From: Octopus bimaculoides
Taxonomy: Eukaryota
Assembly (NCBI RefSeq): GCF_001194135.2
Contig: NC_068993.1
Coordinates: 19,006,436-19,053,257 of the forward strand
Direction: 5' to 3'
Length of the DNA stretch: 46,822 nucleotides
Below, piece by piece: positions 1 to 12,490 of this stretch. The notes under the pieces are model-generated. The model did not search any database. It saw only the letters and a program-made list of their open reading frames with translations, and was not told where the DNA came from. The position numbers and the translations under genes are program-made. Within the stretch, counting starts at the first letter, position 1, and each line of letters begins with the position of its first letter.

Positions 1-159
1 AAGTTTTTTAAAATTAGATGAATCAAATATCTCATACAAACTTAGAAGACTTAGTTTATATTTCAAATCTACAATATCGCAAGTTATAATTCCTAATCTC
101 ACATTCTAGATACCGAGATAATTTTTATTTGAAGAGAGGAAGCGCGATATATCTATGAG

Positions 160-194
<35 letters not shown>

Positions 195-322
195 TATACT
201 TTTTGCCTTTCGGTAATAAATTGCGAATAGCTACCTTAATTTCTATATCAATATATACACGCACATATATATACATATATGCATACATACATGCATAGAT
301 ACATAGATACATACATACATAC

Positions 323-366
<44 letters not shown>

Positions 367-432
367 AAGCGAATGCCTTACACCTAGTAGCTTAGTGGTA
401 GAGCACGGTCACTTTCACAGTGATCGCTATGT

Positions 433-1388
433 ATATCGCAAATGTAAGACAGAAGATGGAATATACTAGAATATATTATTAATCACAACAATTGTTTCGA
501 CACCTCCAGCATCGATTCCTCTGAGTGGGACACTCAGTAACTGGTTTACATTGGGAAGACGGCTGATTCATTGAAGAATCGTTATTGTAACCATGTTGCC
601 AGCTTTAAAACAATCAATAAGTGACATTCAACATCTTTGGCAGATTTGGTGACTGAAGGAAGATGTACGCGAAACCATACAATATAATTTCCAGATGCCG
701 TCTCTGCTCGGAGGAATCCCTTTCTATTCTGTGGACTAACGAGATGATCATTAATAAAATTTCTGAACGACTCTCGAGATGCCTACACGCATATAAATGT
801 ACTTTTGCACAATGCAGTGGGTAACCGTTAACTTTGAGTAACCGTTAACATAGTTTAATTTACTTTAAGGTATGGATGACTTAAGTTTACTTTTAACCTC
901 TCCATTCTTATAAACACCAAGTAGATAGCTAACTCGCTTTGTGATCATGAGTGCACCAAACCTCACGTGTGCGTATGCTCACATTTTCGCGGATGCTTGT
1001 ATGAGCGAGTGAACTTGCGCCATGCAGCTTGACCGATGGCGTTTATTCATCCATATTTGTTAACGGTTGTTTTTAATACTTTTCTCGCTTGATTGTGCGT
1101 TCGTTTCTCTTTTTTGCCATCTGTAATTTTATTTTTGATCTTGTATATAAATGAAGGTATTACCGGTGTCAGGCTGCTTTTCTTTCTACAAAACTGGAAG
1201 TTACATTGCGGAACAATTATTTTAACGAGTTGTATTTATTTATCACTCGACGTGATACATCTGCACCGCCGGATGCTCCTGAACCAGTTGTTGAGTGCCC
1301 CAACAATGAGGAATCGATTCTAGGTGTGTCGAAACAATTGTCGCGAATAGTAATAAATTCTCGTATATTCCAACTTCCGTCTTTCATT

Positions 1389-1396
<8 letters not shown>
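433..1396 (+). mobile_element. Decayed Penelope-like element (PLE): 3' part of a GIY-YIG endonuclease ORF plus 3' terminal repeat, with an inverted copy of the terminus at its 5' end
   Basis: ~541-800 translates, with stops and frameshifts, to LVYIGKTADSLKNRYCNHVASFKTINK*HSTSLAD...CRLCSEESLSILWTNEMIINKISERLSRCLHAYKC. This resembles the PLE GIY-YIG C-terminus (YIG-x-T, CxLC, LNKxSE, CxH). 433-546 is the reverse complement of 1282-1396. A (TA)n run follows at 1393. Confidence 0.75.
1300..1345 (+). ncRNA. Degenerate minimal hammerhead-ribozyme motif in the PLE terminal repeat
   Basis: ...aatGAG-gaatcgattctaggtgtgtc-GAAAC-AATT-GTC. GAAA, a short stem III with palindromic AATT loop and a GUC cleavage triplet are present, but the CUGAUGA core is corrupted. 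A mirror copy lies on the minus strand at ~488-525. Confidence 0.45.
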
Positions 1397-1449
<53 letters not shown>

Positions 1450-2317
1450 TACCTATATATACATACATATTATAGATGCAAATACACACAAACATAAACA
1501 TAAGCAAATTGTATAAGTATATATGTATGTTAGAGTGTATATGCGTGTATGTACGTGTGTTTTTGTGAGTGAGTGCGTAGATTTCTACCTGTGTGCATCA
1601 GCATAATATATGTATATACAGGTGCGTATCTTCACACACATGTAATATTCATTTGTAAATATATATATGTACATGCACACGTATATACATGCATATATGT
1701 GTGTATATGAAAATGTCTGTTTATATAAACGTAAATATGAACATATGTATACATGTGCGCTCACACACACACACTCACATAATATTTTAACATAGTTATC
1801 AAAATTCTGTCTTATCCTGAAAAATTCGGCATATGTGATTGTTTTTGTGTGTCTGTGTTTATGTGTTTCTCTGCGTGTAAATACATCTATACATAAATAT
1901 TATATACGTATGTAAATGTATATTCATGCATACATACATTCATACAGACATACACACATATATATGCATAAATCTGTGTGTGTATGTTCCAAATGTATGT
2001 AATAATTTCTAATAAATTTAACAAATTTCGAAATTATTTTGTTTTCTACTTTAGTTCTTCCGTATGTAATTATGAATTCTTTTTCTAAAATATTAAAGAA
2101 CGGAACCAATATTTCAGATTACTAACACACAGACACATATGATGCCGTGGGAATTCCATATATTGGGAAGACTTTCAGAGACTAAACATTTTTCGTTCTC
2201 TCTTTCGTTATCTTTTATATTTTTCTTACAAAGTTCTATTAAAATCTGGTCTATTCGTTTAAAGCGAAAATTTATTTTGCTGTAGTTATATCTTTATAAC
2301 CAGTGCTACATAAAAGC

Positions 2318-2638
2318 CTGATGATGAAATAATGATCATGAAGATGATGATGAGGATGAGGATGATGATGAAGATGATGATGATGAACATGATGGTAATG
2401 ATCATGAAGATAATGATGATGATGATGATGATGACGACGAGGAGGTTGATGACTACGCCAGCACCCCAATCCCAAGCAGCAGCATCATCAGCACCACCAT
2501 TAACACCATGGTGGTGGTACTGGTGGTGATGATGATGTTGATGATGGTGGTGGTGGTGGTGGTGGTGATGATGACGATGACGATAATTGGTGATGGTGGT
2601 GATGGTGGTGGCGGTGGTGTTGATGATGATGAAGATGT

Positions 2639-2671
<33 letters not shown>

Positions 2672-2792
2672 GGAGGAGGAGGAGGAGGAGGAGGAGGAGG
2701 ATGGTGATAATTATGACGACGTAAATGATGGTGATGATGAAGGTGATAATGAATATGTTGGTGATGAATATGAAGCCGTGATGATGATGGTA

Positions 2793-2823
<31 letters not shown>

Positions 2824-3120
2824 CGATGTTGATGACGATGATGACGATGATGACGATGAAGATGATAACAATGTTGATGATGATGATGATGACGATGTTG
2901 ATGATGATGACGATGTTGATGATGATGATAACGATTGTGATGAGGATGATTTTGATGATGATGATGATGATGATGACGAGGATGGTAACGACGCCACCAC
3001 CATAACCACCAGCACCACCACCATTCACAACGACAACAACACCGACAATATCATCAACAGCAACTTCATCATCATCACCATCAACAACAACAACAACAGT
3101 GAACGCTAACAATTATTATT
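2318..3120. repeat. Compound trinucleotide microsatellite: (ATG)n, (GGT)n, (GAG)n, (ACG)n, (CAA)n
   Basis: Directly visible; explains all poly-M/D/H/S/I ORFs in this interval. Confidence 0.95.
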
Positions 3121-3294
3121 ATAAAGTAAGCAAATAAAAACTTCGTCTTTGAATGCAATCAAGAATGATTTGAAGCGAAGTTTAGAGTACAGAAGACAAG
3201 AGACAAGAGTTTTAGATGTAGCAAGAAAATCAATGTGGACGCATGAATAAGTAAAATGTTCATTAAAATAGAATAACAGCAAAGCGAAAGTGAA

Positions 3295-3321
3295 ATAATA
3301 ATAACGATGATAATAATAATG

Positions 3322-3396
<75 letters not shown>

Positions 3397-4152
3397 GTAA
3401 TAATAATGATAATAAAAATGAATCACTCANNNNNNNNNNNNNNNNNNNNNNNNNNNNNNNNNNNNNNNNNNNNNNNNNNNNNNNNNNNNNNNNNNNNNNN
3501 NNNNNNNNNNNNNNNNNNNNNNNNNNNNNNNNNNNNNNNNNNNNNNNNNNNNNNNNNNNNNNNNNNNNNNNNNNNNNNNNNNNNNNNNNNNNNNNNNNNN
3601 NNNNNNNNNNNNNNNNNNNNNNNNNNNNNNNNNNNNNNNNNNNNNNNNNNNNNNNNNNNNNNNNNNNNNNNNNNNNNNNNNNNNNNNNNNNNNNNNNNNN
3701 NNNNNNNNNNNNNNNNNNNNNNNNNNNNNNNNNNNNNNNNNNNNNNNNNNNNNNNNNNNNNNNNNNNNNNNNNNNNNNNNNNNNNNNNNNNNNNNNNNNN
3801 NNNNNNNNNNNNNNNNNNNNNNNNNNNNNNNNNNNNNNNNNNNNNNNNNNNNNNNNNNNNNNNNNNNNNNNNNNNNNNNNNNNNNNNNNNNNNNNNNNNN
3901 NNNNNNNNNNNNNNNNNNNNNNNNNNNNNNNNNNNNNNNNNNNNNNNNNNNNNNNNNNNNNNNNNNNNNNCTTCTTCTTACTCCTTTTCTCCTCCCCTCC
4001 CCTTCTCCCATCTCCCCTCCTCCCGCTGCTGCTGTTTTGTTCTCTTTGTCTTTTTCTCCTTTGTTCTCCCGCTTCTCTCTCTCTCTCTCCCTCTCCCCCC
4101 TCTCTCTCCCTCTCCCCCTCTCTCTCTCCCTCTCCCCCTCTCTCTCTTTCTC
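3295..4152. repeat. (AAT)n array, N-gap (3430-3970) and CT-rich array
   Basis: Directly visible. Confidence 0.95.
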
Positions 4153-4513
4153 CATACTTCCTTATCTATCTATTCCTCATTTTTTAAACTCTATGTCGTT
4201 ATCAATCTTAAATCTTCGTAATCGCACGTTTTGTCTCTTCGTTATATCTTTTTTTTTTCATATATTACTATTAAGTATTGGGATTGGTGGGAAATTCTAA
4301 TTTAAATTGGAATCTTACAATTTCATATGTGGTGTTCCGCTTCATATTGCATCAAGATTTTACTTGTTTCATTGCACATCATAAACCATAGTTTATTTCA
4401 TTCATATCGCATCGCCATAATTCCAGTCTAATCAGGAAACTAAATTAAGGATGAAATTAGAAGAGAAAATAAAATTTTATACTAATGCATTATATATAAT
4501 AATGCCAATAAGA

Positions 4514-4586
<73 letters not shown>

Positions 4587-4830
4587 TTTATATGCTACCA
4601 GAGACCATTTATGCATGCAAAACTTGTTCCAGAAAGTGTTTCCTGTTTGCAATGTGAATATGGGGTCATTGACACATACAGACAGACACAGACACCCACA
4701 TACACACACATGCACACACATACCCACGCACACACACAAACACAAACACACACACACACACACACATATACGCACAAGTAAACACACACATGACCTCTCT
4801 CACACATGCCCACACACACACGCATAACCA
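4514..4830. repeat. (ACT)n and (CA)n microsatellites
   Basis: Directly visible at 4514-4582 and ~4670-4830. Confidence 0.95.
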
Positions 4831-4936
4831 CACCTACGTAAAAAGCAAACAAACGTACGCATATATATATCAAGGCTGGCTTGTGTCGTTGAATTGTTTG
4901 CTTTGTGGACCACATCGTGCCTCAACGCGTGACACC

Positions 4937-5021
4937 TTGTGACACCAAGTGTCTTGTGACACCAAGTGTCTTGTGACACCAAGTGTCTTGTGACACCAAG
5001 TGTCTTGTGACACCAAGTGTC
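4937..5021. repeat. Minisatellite: 5 perfect copies of 17-bp TTGTGACACCAAGTGTC
   Basis: Units start at 4937, 4954, 4971, 4988 and 5005; each contains the inverted pair GACAC-CAA-GTGTC. Confidence 0.95.
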
Positions 5022-5292
5022 TTGTGTTTCTTCCTACAGTTCTGCTTTGATCAATACTCTCCCTTTTGCTACAGTCACGGTTCGACGAATCAGTGTGGAA
5101 ACTCATTGTGAGTGAATGTATATGTGAGACCACGTGTGAGTGTGTGTGTTTGAGTGTGCTTATGTGCGTGAGAGAAAGAGAAACGGATTATTCCGCAAAT
5201 TCAACGAGCATGTGATTCGGTTTATCGAACAAATGAATCCTTATCGTCAAATCGGTGGAAATCCATCATATGCATGTATGTATGTATGCATG

Positions 5293-5339
<47 letters not shown>

Positions 5340-5681
5340 NNNNNNNNNNNNNNNNNNNNNNNNNNNNNNNNNNNNNNNNNNNNNNNNNNNNNNNNNNNNN
5401 NNNNNNNNNNNNNNNNNNNNNNNNNNNNNNNNNNNNNNNNNNNNNNNNNNNNNNNNNNNNNNNNNNNNNNNNNNNNNNNNNNNNNNNNNNNNNNNNNNNN
5501 NNNNNNNNNNNNNNNNNNNNNNNNNNNNNNNNNNNNNNNNNNNNNNNNNNNNNNNNNNNNNNNNNNNNNNNNNNNNNNNNNNNNNNNNNATCACATATAA
5601 GGCTCAATTTAATTTTAATTTTTTATAAATTGATTTTAATTGAGTTTTTTACCTGTAATTTTGGATTTTGTCCCTAATATT

Positions 5682-5727
<46 letters not shown>

Positions 5728-5728
<1 letters not shown>

Positions 5729-5955
5729 TCTTTGCCCTCTCTTTTTACTCTTTTACTCTTTTATTTGTTTCAGTCATTTGACTGTGGCCATGCTGGAGTA
5801 TCGCCTTTAGTCGAGCAAATGAACTCCATAGCTTATTCTTTGTACTTATTCTATCAGTCTCTTATGCCGAACCGCTATATTACGGGGACGTAAACACACC
5901 CAACATCGCTTGTCAAGCGATGTTGGGAGGACAAACACAGACACACAAACATGTA
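5728..5955 (-). mobile_element. 3' half of tRNA-derived SINE, family A
   Basis: Reverse complement matches the downstream parts of the copies at 14071-14387 and 16990-17790 (gcttgacaagcgatgttgg...gtttacgtccccgtaa...cagtcaaatgactgaaacaa). Confidence 0.8.
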
Positions 5956-6339
5956 CGTATATGAGTTGTCTAGATACATTTGTGTCTGTTTAACTCCTTA
6001 TTGAAGATTCCGCAACTGGAATAAATGCATGGAAGTTATTTACTTTATTTGTTAAATGAATTTCCTGGATATATATATGTTGCTGGGCAGTTTATTGCAT
6101 ACCCGTATTCCCTATTTGAATATTGGCTTACTTTGATGAATATCACTGAAGCCCTCTATTTAAAGTTGGCACAAAATTCGAGATCTTATTTATCACTAAA
6201 TTTTTTTTCTTATCACAGAATTCGAGGTTTGCTTTTAAAATTTTTATCCGGCATTCTCAAGTTACTTTCTGAAATCTGTGCTGTTAGTAATTTCTGACTC
6301 AATGATCAAATGCACAGACATAATACCTTTGACGTCGTC

Positions 6340-6522
6340 GCTACCACCACCACAAGCACCAGCACCAGCACCACCACCACCACCAGAACCACCACCACCA
6401 CTACCTGTATGTCGGATCTGGTATGTGTTTGAACATATGTAATCTCAGTCAGGTTTGATTGTTATTACTGCAAGTATTGTAGATGCTGTTGCTTACAATG
6501 ATGATTACGATGATGGTGGTGG

Positions 6523-6557
<35 letters not shown>

Positions 6558-6761
6558 GTAATGATGATAATGATGATGATGAGGATGATGATGAGGATGA
6601 GAATGTTCATGTTGATGATCATGCTGATAAAGGAAAAGATGATAAATACGATGATTGTGATAATTATATTTTTCTGGAGATGACAATGACCATGACAGCG
6701 ACGACGACGTCGACGACGACGACGTCGACGACGACGACGTCGACGACGACGACGACGACGA

Positions 6762-6827
<66 letters not shown>

Positions 6828-6830
6828 AGA
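6340..6830. repeat. Compound microsatellite (CAC)n/(GAT)n/(GAC)n
   Basis: Directly visible; explains the poly-R/T/D ORFs. Confidence 0.95.
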
Positions 6831-7094
6831 TGATATCTTTTATTCTGAGTGCAAGACAATGTTTGTAAAGCCTTCAAGAAAGAAACGGCTCGGCGTGTTT
6901 ACAGCAATAATGATATTGACCTTGGTAGAATTTGCACCCAACAAATGAATCACAATGTATTTTGCAAGTACTTAACAACTACTTAGAACAGCACAGTCAG
7001 GTATCGTTATCAGTGTAAACTGTAAAAAGAGACAACAGCCAAAATATCAGTGACACCACCACAGCTGCTACCAACGACAATAACACCAGCGACA

Positions 7095-7102
7095 ACAACA
7101 AC

Positions 7103-7177
<75 letters not shown>

Positions 7178-7556
7178 TGTTTTCAAATTTTAAATCAAGG
7201 TCAGGAATTTTCATGGAAGTGGGTGGAGTCAATTAACCTACACCAGTGCTGAAATAATACTTATACTTTATTGTTTCAATCCCGAAAGGACGAACAGCAA
7301 AGCAGTATTTGAGATAATGATTTTAAAATTTTGGCACAAGGCCAGCAATTTCTGGAGAGTGGGTAAGCTAATTACATCGACCCCACTGCTCAACTGGTAC
7401 TCGTTTTATCAATCGCGAAAGGATGACAGTCAAAGTCCACCTCGGCGGAATTTGAAGTCAGAACATAAAGACGGGTGTAATGCCGCTGTGTAATTTGTCT
7501 AGTGCGCTAACAATTCTACAAGCTCCCTGCCTTACGGCGCCGTAATAATAATAATG

Positions 7557-7622
<66 letters not shown>
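7095..7622 (-). mobile_element. Two tandem copies of tRNA-derived SINE family B (~7178-7310 partial, ~7325-7542) embedded between (AAT)n arrays
   Basis: Contain ggcacaaggcc...gattacatcgacccc...actggtact...gaaaggatga...aaagtc.acctcggcggaatttgaa.tcagaac, shared with 14968-15162 and 43835-44038. The minus strand has a B-box-like gagttcaaattcc. Confidence 0.8.
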
Positions 7623-7623
<1 letters not shown>

Positions 7624-8249
7624 ATTATCTGAATCCAGCCGCCCCGGAAGTACAGGTCTGCGGAATATTTCCTATGTTCGCTTTCACTCATTATCCAGCA
7701 TGAAACCAATTTGGATATTAATTTAATTAACCTTCCAGGCTTAGAAAAATCGATACGGCATTGTCTCTTAACCTCGGATTATCTAATAAAAAGAAATCTT
7801 GCTAAAAACATAACAAACAACGACGTCAAGGCAAAAAAACAATTCGAAACGCCTTTTTATAGAAAACTCTTGACTTAGATTCAATATGGTTTCAATTCAA
7901 AAATGAAAACCGAGAAAATATATCAGAAGTCTGAAATACGATCGAAATAGGTCAGGTAGGATACTTATGGACAAGGAAATGGTTGAAAAAGCAATTAAGT
8001 CTTGTTAATTGTAAATCCGCCCACTACTGCTTCTGACAGTTGAACAATACGCACATCAAGAAACAAAGTAGAAAATAATTCTCAATTGACTGGCTGTTTC
8101 TAGGAATTAGGAAGGAAATCGTTCTTGTAGAATCAAAGCAATGTTTCATCTATAATATTCAAAAAAAAAAAAAAAGAAAACAATTTTGCAGCAGAGTATG
8201 GCTTCCTAGAAACATTATATTCCTTTCTTTGGGTGAATCGTTTCTTATA

Positions 8250-8600
8250 GTTAGCAAGTTTATTTTCGAAGCTTACGAAACGCTTTTATACTTAGTATCG
8301 GAGATCATTCGACGAAGTCACCAGTAAACAATAGCAAACTCTATGCTGTAAATCAAAAGGGAATATTATTACTAATCTACTGGCATTAGTATTTATGAAC
8401 ATTTTCCTCTCACTGCCATTATTGTCGCCTATATCTTTGTACGCTTTTAAAAACGTAGATTATGAAGATTCTTTTGGAGTTATTTGAAGGAAAGAGTTTC
8501 TCACTACCTTCTGCTGGAAAGCCAAAAACATGAATTTCACCAAAACAGATCAATGAAAGCGTTCGTCATTAAAATTGATAAGATTATTGAAATATCAATA
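8250..8600 (+). mobile_element. Possible highly decayed hAT (Charlie/Buster-like) transposase fragment
   Basis: EAYETLLYLVSEIIRRSHQ*TIANS resembles the hAT segment (A)LEASYLVAELIAKxxKPHTIAE; the rest is heavily disrupted. Confidence 0.3.
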
Positions 8601-9273
8601 GATTCTGTTAGTTGAACATTCAAAATGTTCGAAGTTTCATTCTGATTCCAAAACCCCATATCATAATGGCGATGAGCTCTCTATATACTTATACTTAGTG
8701 AAAAATATACTTAGTGAAAAATGGCTGCAAACATGGAAGAAAAATATATTCGAGATTATAAGTGACAAATTTCAAAATAGCAACAGTTTGTTTTTTGTAA
8801 GACATGGTATACAAAAGTGAACATATAGATAGTCTCTTCTATATGGGTGTCAGACTTATGCAAGGCAACTAATGGATCTCCGATTATTACCTTACGCGTT
8901 TCTCTATGTTACTTCAGACAATTTACGATCATTACTGTTTTCGTGCAGGAATGAGCTTTGCTTATTTTAATTTAAGATCATTTGTTATGAGCTGTTTCCT
9001 CCCAAGGAAGAAAACTTCTTTTGAAAATTGAAAATAAATCTTTTGTACCGAGTTTCCAATTTCCGATTTGGGGACGATAATGATAAATAGAACAAATGAC
9101 TTGAAAAGTAAAACGCACATGCGTGCACACATGCGTGCACACATGCGTGCACACATGCTAACACACACGCATACGGATATATACAAGATATGTGTGTGAG
9201 ACATGTAATATATATGTATGTTTTATGTGTGTATGCGTATGTAAGCATATATACACACACACATACATATATG

Positions 9274-9333
<60 letters not shown>

Positions 9334-11374
9334 TTATGTAGATTGGGTTATAATCCAAGCTGTGTTCTCATGACGTACATCTGCATAATCCAGTACTTCC
9401 AAAATATATGTGGCTGTTATAATTGTGTGAGGCATGCATAAGAATTGAAAAGAACAGGAAAATAATATTTGCAGAGTAATTAGACATCAAACCAGACGAT
9501 TGGAAAACGTTTGGCATTATGTATTCACCATTACATGTGTTTCATATGCTAAAACGAGTTACAAAACTGAACGTGTCAAGTTGGGAAAACATAAAATATC
9601 TTCTCATAGAAATTCTTCTGATTGAGAATCAAATGATAGAAAATTTACACTTGGGTGAAGCTTTTGTATATATAGTCAGTAATCAGGAATCCTAGATATA
9701 GGTAAAGAGGAGAATAAAAAGAAAAAAATAGTAGTAATATAAAAGAAAGAGGGAATTGGAGATGGATGTAGCAAACGTATTTAATTTATGCAATTTTATT
9801 TCTTACCAATAATTAATTACTTGTATGGTTTAATTTTATATTATATATTATCATTTAAGATTTATAAGTTTGTAACTTGTGGTCCGATTACAAAATCTCC
9901 TTGTATTCCCAAGCGGAACTGGGCAATATTGTTAAAGTGTGCTTGACACCATTGGAAATAGAGGTTCTACTTTAAGACATTGAAATCACGTTGATAATCG
10001 ATAAGCAGTTCCACAGTAGTGTTAAACATGCTTTGTATATTTTGTTAATAATTTTGCTCACTATTACTTCTCTATTAGATTTGGTTTTCTTCCCTAGGTT
10101 ATTTATTACAGGGTTTTAGCTTATTTTGATTCTTTTTTTTAAAAGTATTCTATACTAGTGGGACTCGTGAATATTTCATAAAATTAATGGTAGCCTATTG
10201 GATTATTTCTGAAAACTTTATCCCAAAAACCTGGAAGCGTAGCTTGTGTTGTGACGGTGTAGAAAGATCTACTACTCATTGAAAAGTGAAAGAAATTGGA
10301 ATACGATGATTACTTAATGCACTTTGTATATACACTTTATATACTTTATGCACAATTTTATAGATTTAATACACAGTACTCATAAAATAAATATTCACTT
10401 ATTGTCTCCTTTCCCCCATAAACGAAAACATATTCCGTATATATGAAACAATCTTTAGTTAAATTGCACATATCTGCCACTTAAATAAGCGTGAATATTT
10501 CACGGAATAGCACTTATTCGCAGGCGTTAAGTGTTTGGTGATATAAAAAAAACTTAGTTCAATTTAAAAAAATACCCTTTTCACTATCCAGTCACCACCA
10601 CCACCACCACCACCACCACCATCTCTCTCTCCTCTCTCTTTGTCTTTCTTTAACCTCACCATCAGAACGTCAACCTTCTGCTAAAACGATATTTTAAACT
10701 CTCCTCCTCTATATCATCGCTAACTTAAACTAACTTTCTTAATTACGTTCCCCCTACCTCACGTCATGGACGCTTCTCCCTCTTTCTTCTCTTTCTTTCT
10801 TCTTTTCTTTCTCCCTCTTTTTGTCTAATCCCGTGAAAGCGTTACCGACGGGCTAAGTAACGTAATGACAAGAAAATTATTATAAGATGGGTTGATATAA
10901 ATTTCTAGTTATAGTTGAACGAAATTTGAATGCCTTACACTATAAATACACATATACATACGTACACATATATTTGTAAGAATGGCATATATGTTTATTA
11001 GGGATCCTAGGAAACAAACGGACAAACGGTCACACTTAAATGCTCCATTGTTCGAGTGTGGTTTATAGTGTATATTTATACATGTACGTATATCTATCTT
11101 ATCTTCTGTACGTACCCAACTGTGCTAGAAATTTCTGGTCATTTTTAAAACTTACCTGTGTATACATACATTCGTTGTTGCACTTCTAGCTGACCGCTTG
11201 TTTACGTCCATTTTGCTTGCTTGAGAAATTATATTCGACATACTCTTATTTGAAATTTCTCCTGCTGTATTTTCTAACATTTCGACGTCACCTCTGTCAA
11301 TTTACTGTCTGGTAAGCCGCCGCAAGTGAAACGTGGGAGGAGAAAATCAATGTCACACTTTAATTCTTAATGAA

Positions 11375-11375
<1 letters not shown>

Positions 11376-11437
<62 letters not shown>

Positions 11438-11447
11438 CATCTATCTA

Positions 11448-11500
<53 letters not shown>

Positions 11501-11895
11501 TGTTCTTGTTGTTGGCACTCCGTCGCTTACGACGTTGAGGCTTCCAGTTGATCCGATCAACGGAACAGCCTGCTCGTGAAATTAACGTGCAAGTGGCTGA
11601 GCACTCCACAGACACGTGTACCCTTAACGTAGTTCCCGGGGATATTCAGCGTGACACAGTGTGACAATGCTGACCCTTTGAATTACAGGCACAACAGAAA
11701 CAGGAAGTAAGAGCGAGAGAAAGCTGTGGTGAAAGAGTACAGCAGGGTTCGCCACATTCCCCTGCCGGAGCCTCGTGGAGCTTTAGGTGTTTTCGCTCAA
11801 TAGACACTCACAACACCCGGTATGGGAATCGAAACCACGATCCTATCACCGCGAGTCCGCTGCCCTAACCACTGGGCCATTGCGCCTCCACAATA

Positions 11896-11953
<58 letters not shown>

Positions 11954-11965
11954 TTATCTATCTAC
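11376..11965 (-). mobile_element. Full-length tRNA-derived SINE family C (~11505-11893) inserted in a (TCTA)n microsatellite
   Basis: Minus strand begins gtggaggcgcaatggcccagtggttagggcagcggactcgcggtgataggatcgtggtttcgattccc (tRNA-like A and B boxes) and is highly similar to 46378-46753. (TCTA)n/(TCTG)n lies on the left and (TCTA)n on the right. Confidence 0.9.
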
Positions 11966-12014
11966 ATACATATATGCATGAACAAAAAATTATACATCCT
12001 GATCATCATCATGT

Positions 12015-12100
12015 GGGACTGCTGGCGCCGATGGGACTGCTGGCGCCGATGGGACTGCTGGCGCCGATGGGACTGCTGGCGCCGATGGGACTGCTGGCAT
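12015..12100. repeat. GC-rich minisatellite, 18-bp GGGACTGCTGGCGCCGAT x ~4.7
   Basis: Units start at 12015, 12033, 12051, 12069 and 12087 (partial). Confidence 0.95.
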
Positions 12101-12264
12101 GGGTGGCATATAAATGCATATAAGCTGGCATATAAGCTGGCATATATAAATATATAAATAAACGTATATATATTTTTCTATCAAACAAATTTTCTATCTG
12201 TGTTCATCTCTCCCGCTCTCTCTGTATATATATGAATGCAAAGATAGATATAAATACTTAGAGT

Positions 12265-12284
12265 CAGAGAAAGAAAGAGGGAGG

Positions 12285-12338
<54 letters not shown>

Positions 12339-12341
12339 TAG

Positions 12342-12392
<51 letters not shown>

Positions 12393-12490
12393 AAGGGAGT
12401 GATAGAGATGGAGGGAGACGGAGCGAGAAAGGGAGTGAGAGAAAGAAAACAAACAGAGAAGAAGGAAGAGAGACAGAAAGAGAAAGAGAA
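12265..12490. repeat. (GA)n/(GATA)n microsatellite
   Basis: Directly visible. Confidence 0.95.

Noticed and set aside
378-420. tRNA-like TAGCTTAGTGGTAGAGCA
   Set aside because: Only the 5' half (A-box/D-arm) is present; no T-arm or acceptor stem, so it is not a tRNA gene.
2272-3426. Long poly-His/Met/Asp/Ser/Ile/Tyr ORFs
   Set aside because: All arise from trinucleotide microsatellites that are open in several frames on both strands; no splice or homology support.
4937-5021. CRISPR-like appearance of palindromic repeats
   Set aside because: The units are directly adjacent with no spacers, the context is eukaryotic, and there are no cas genes.
10829-10860. CCCGT...ACGGG followed by CTAAG, a possible Helitron 3' end
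   Set aside because: The loop is long and imperfect, there is no clean CTAG, and no 5' end was found.
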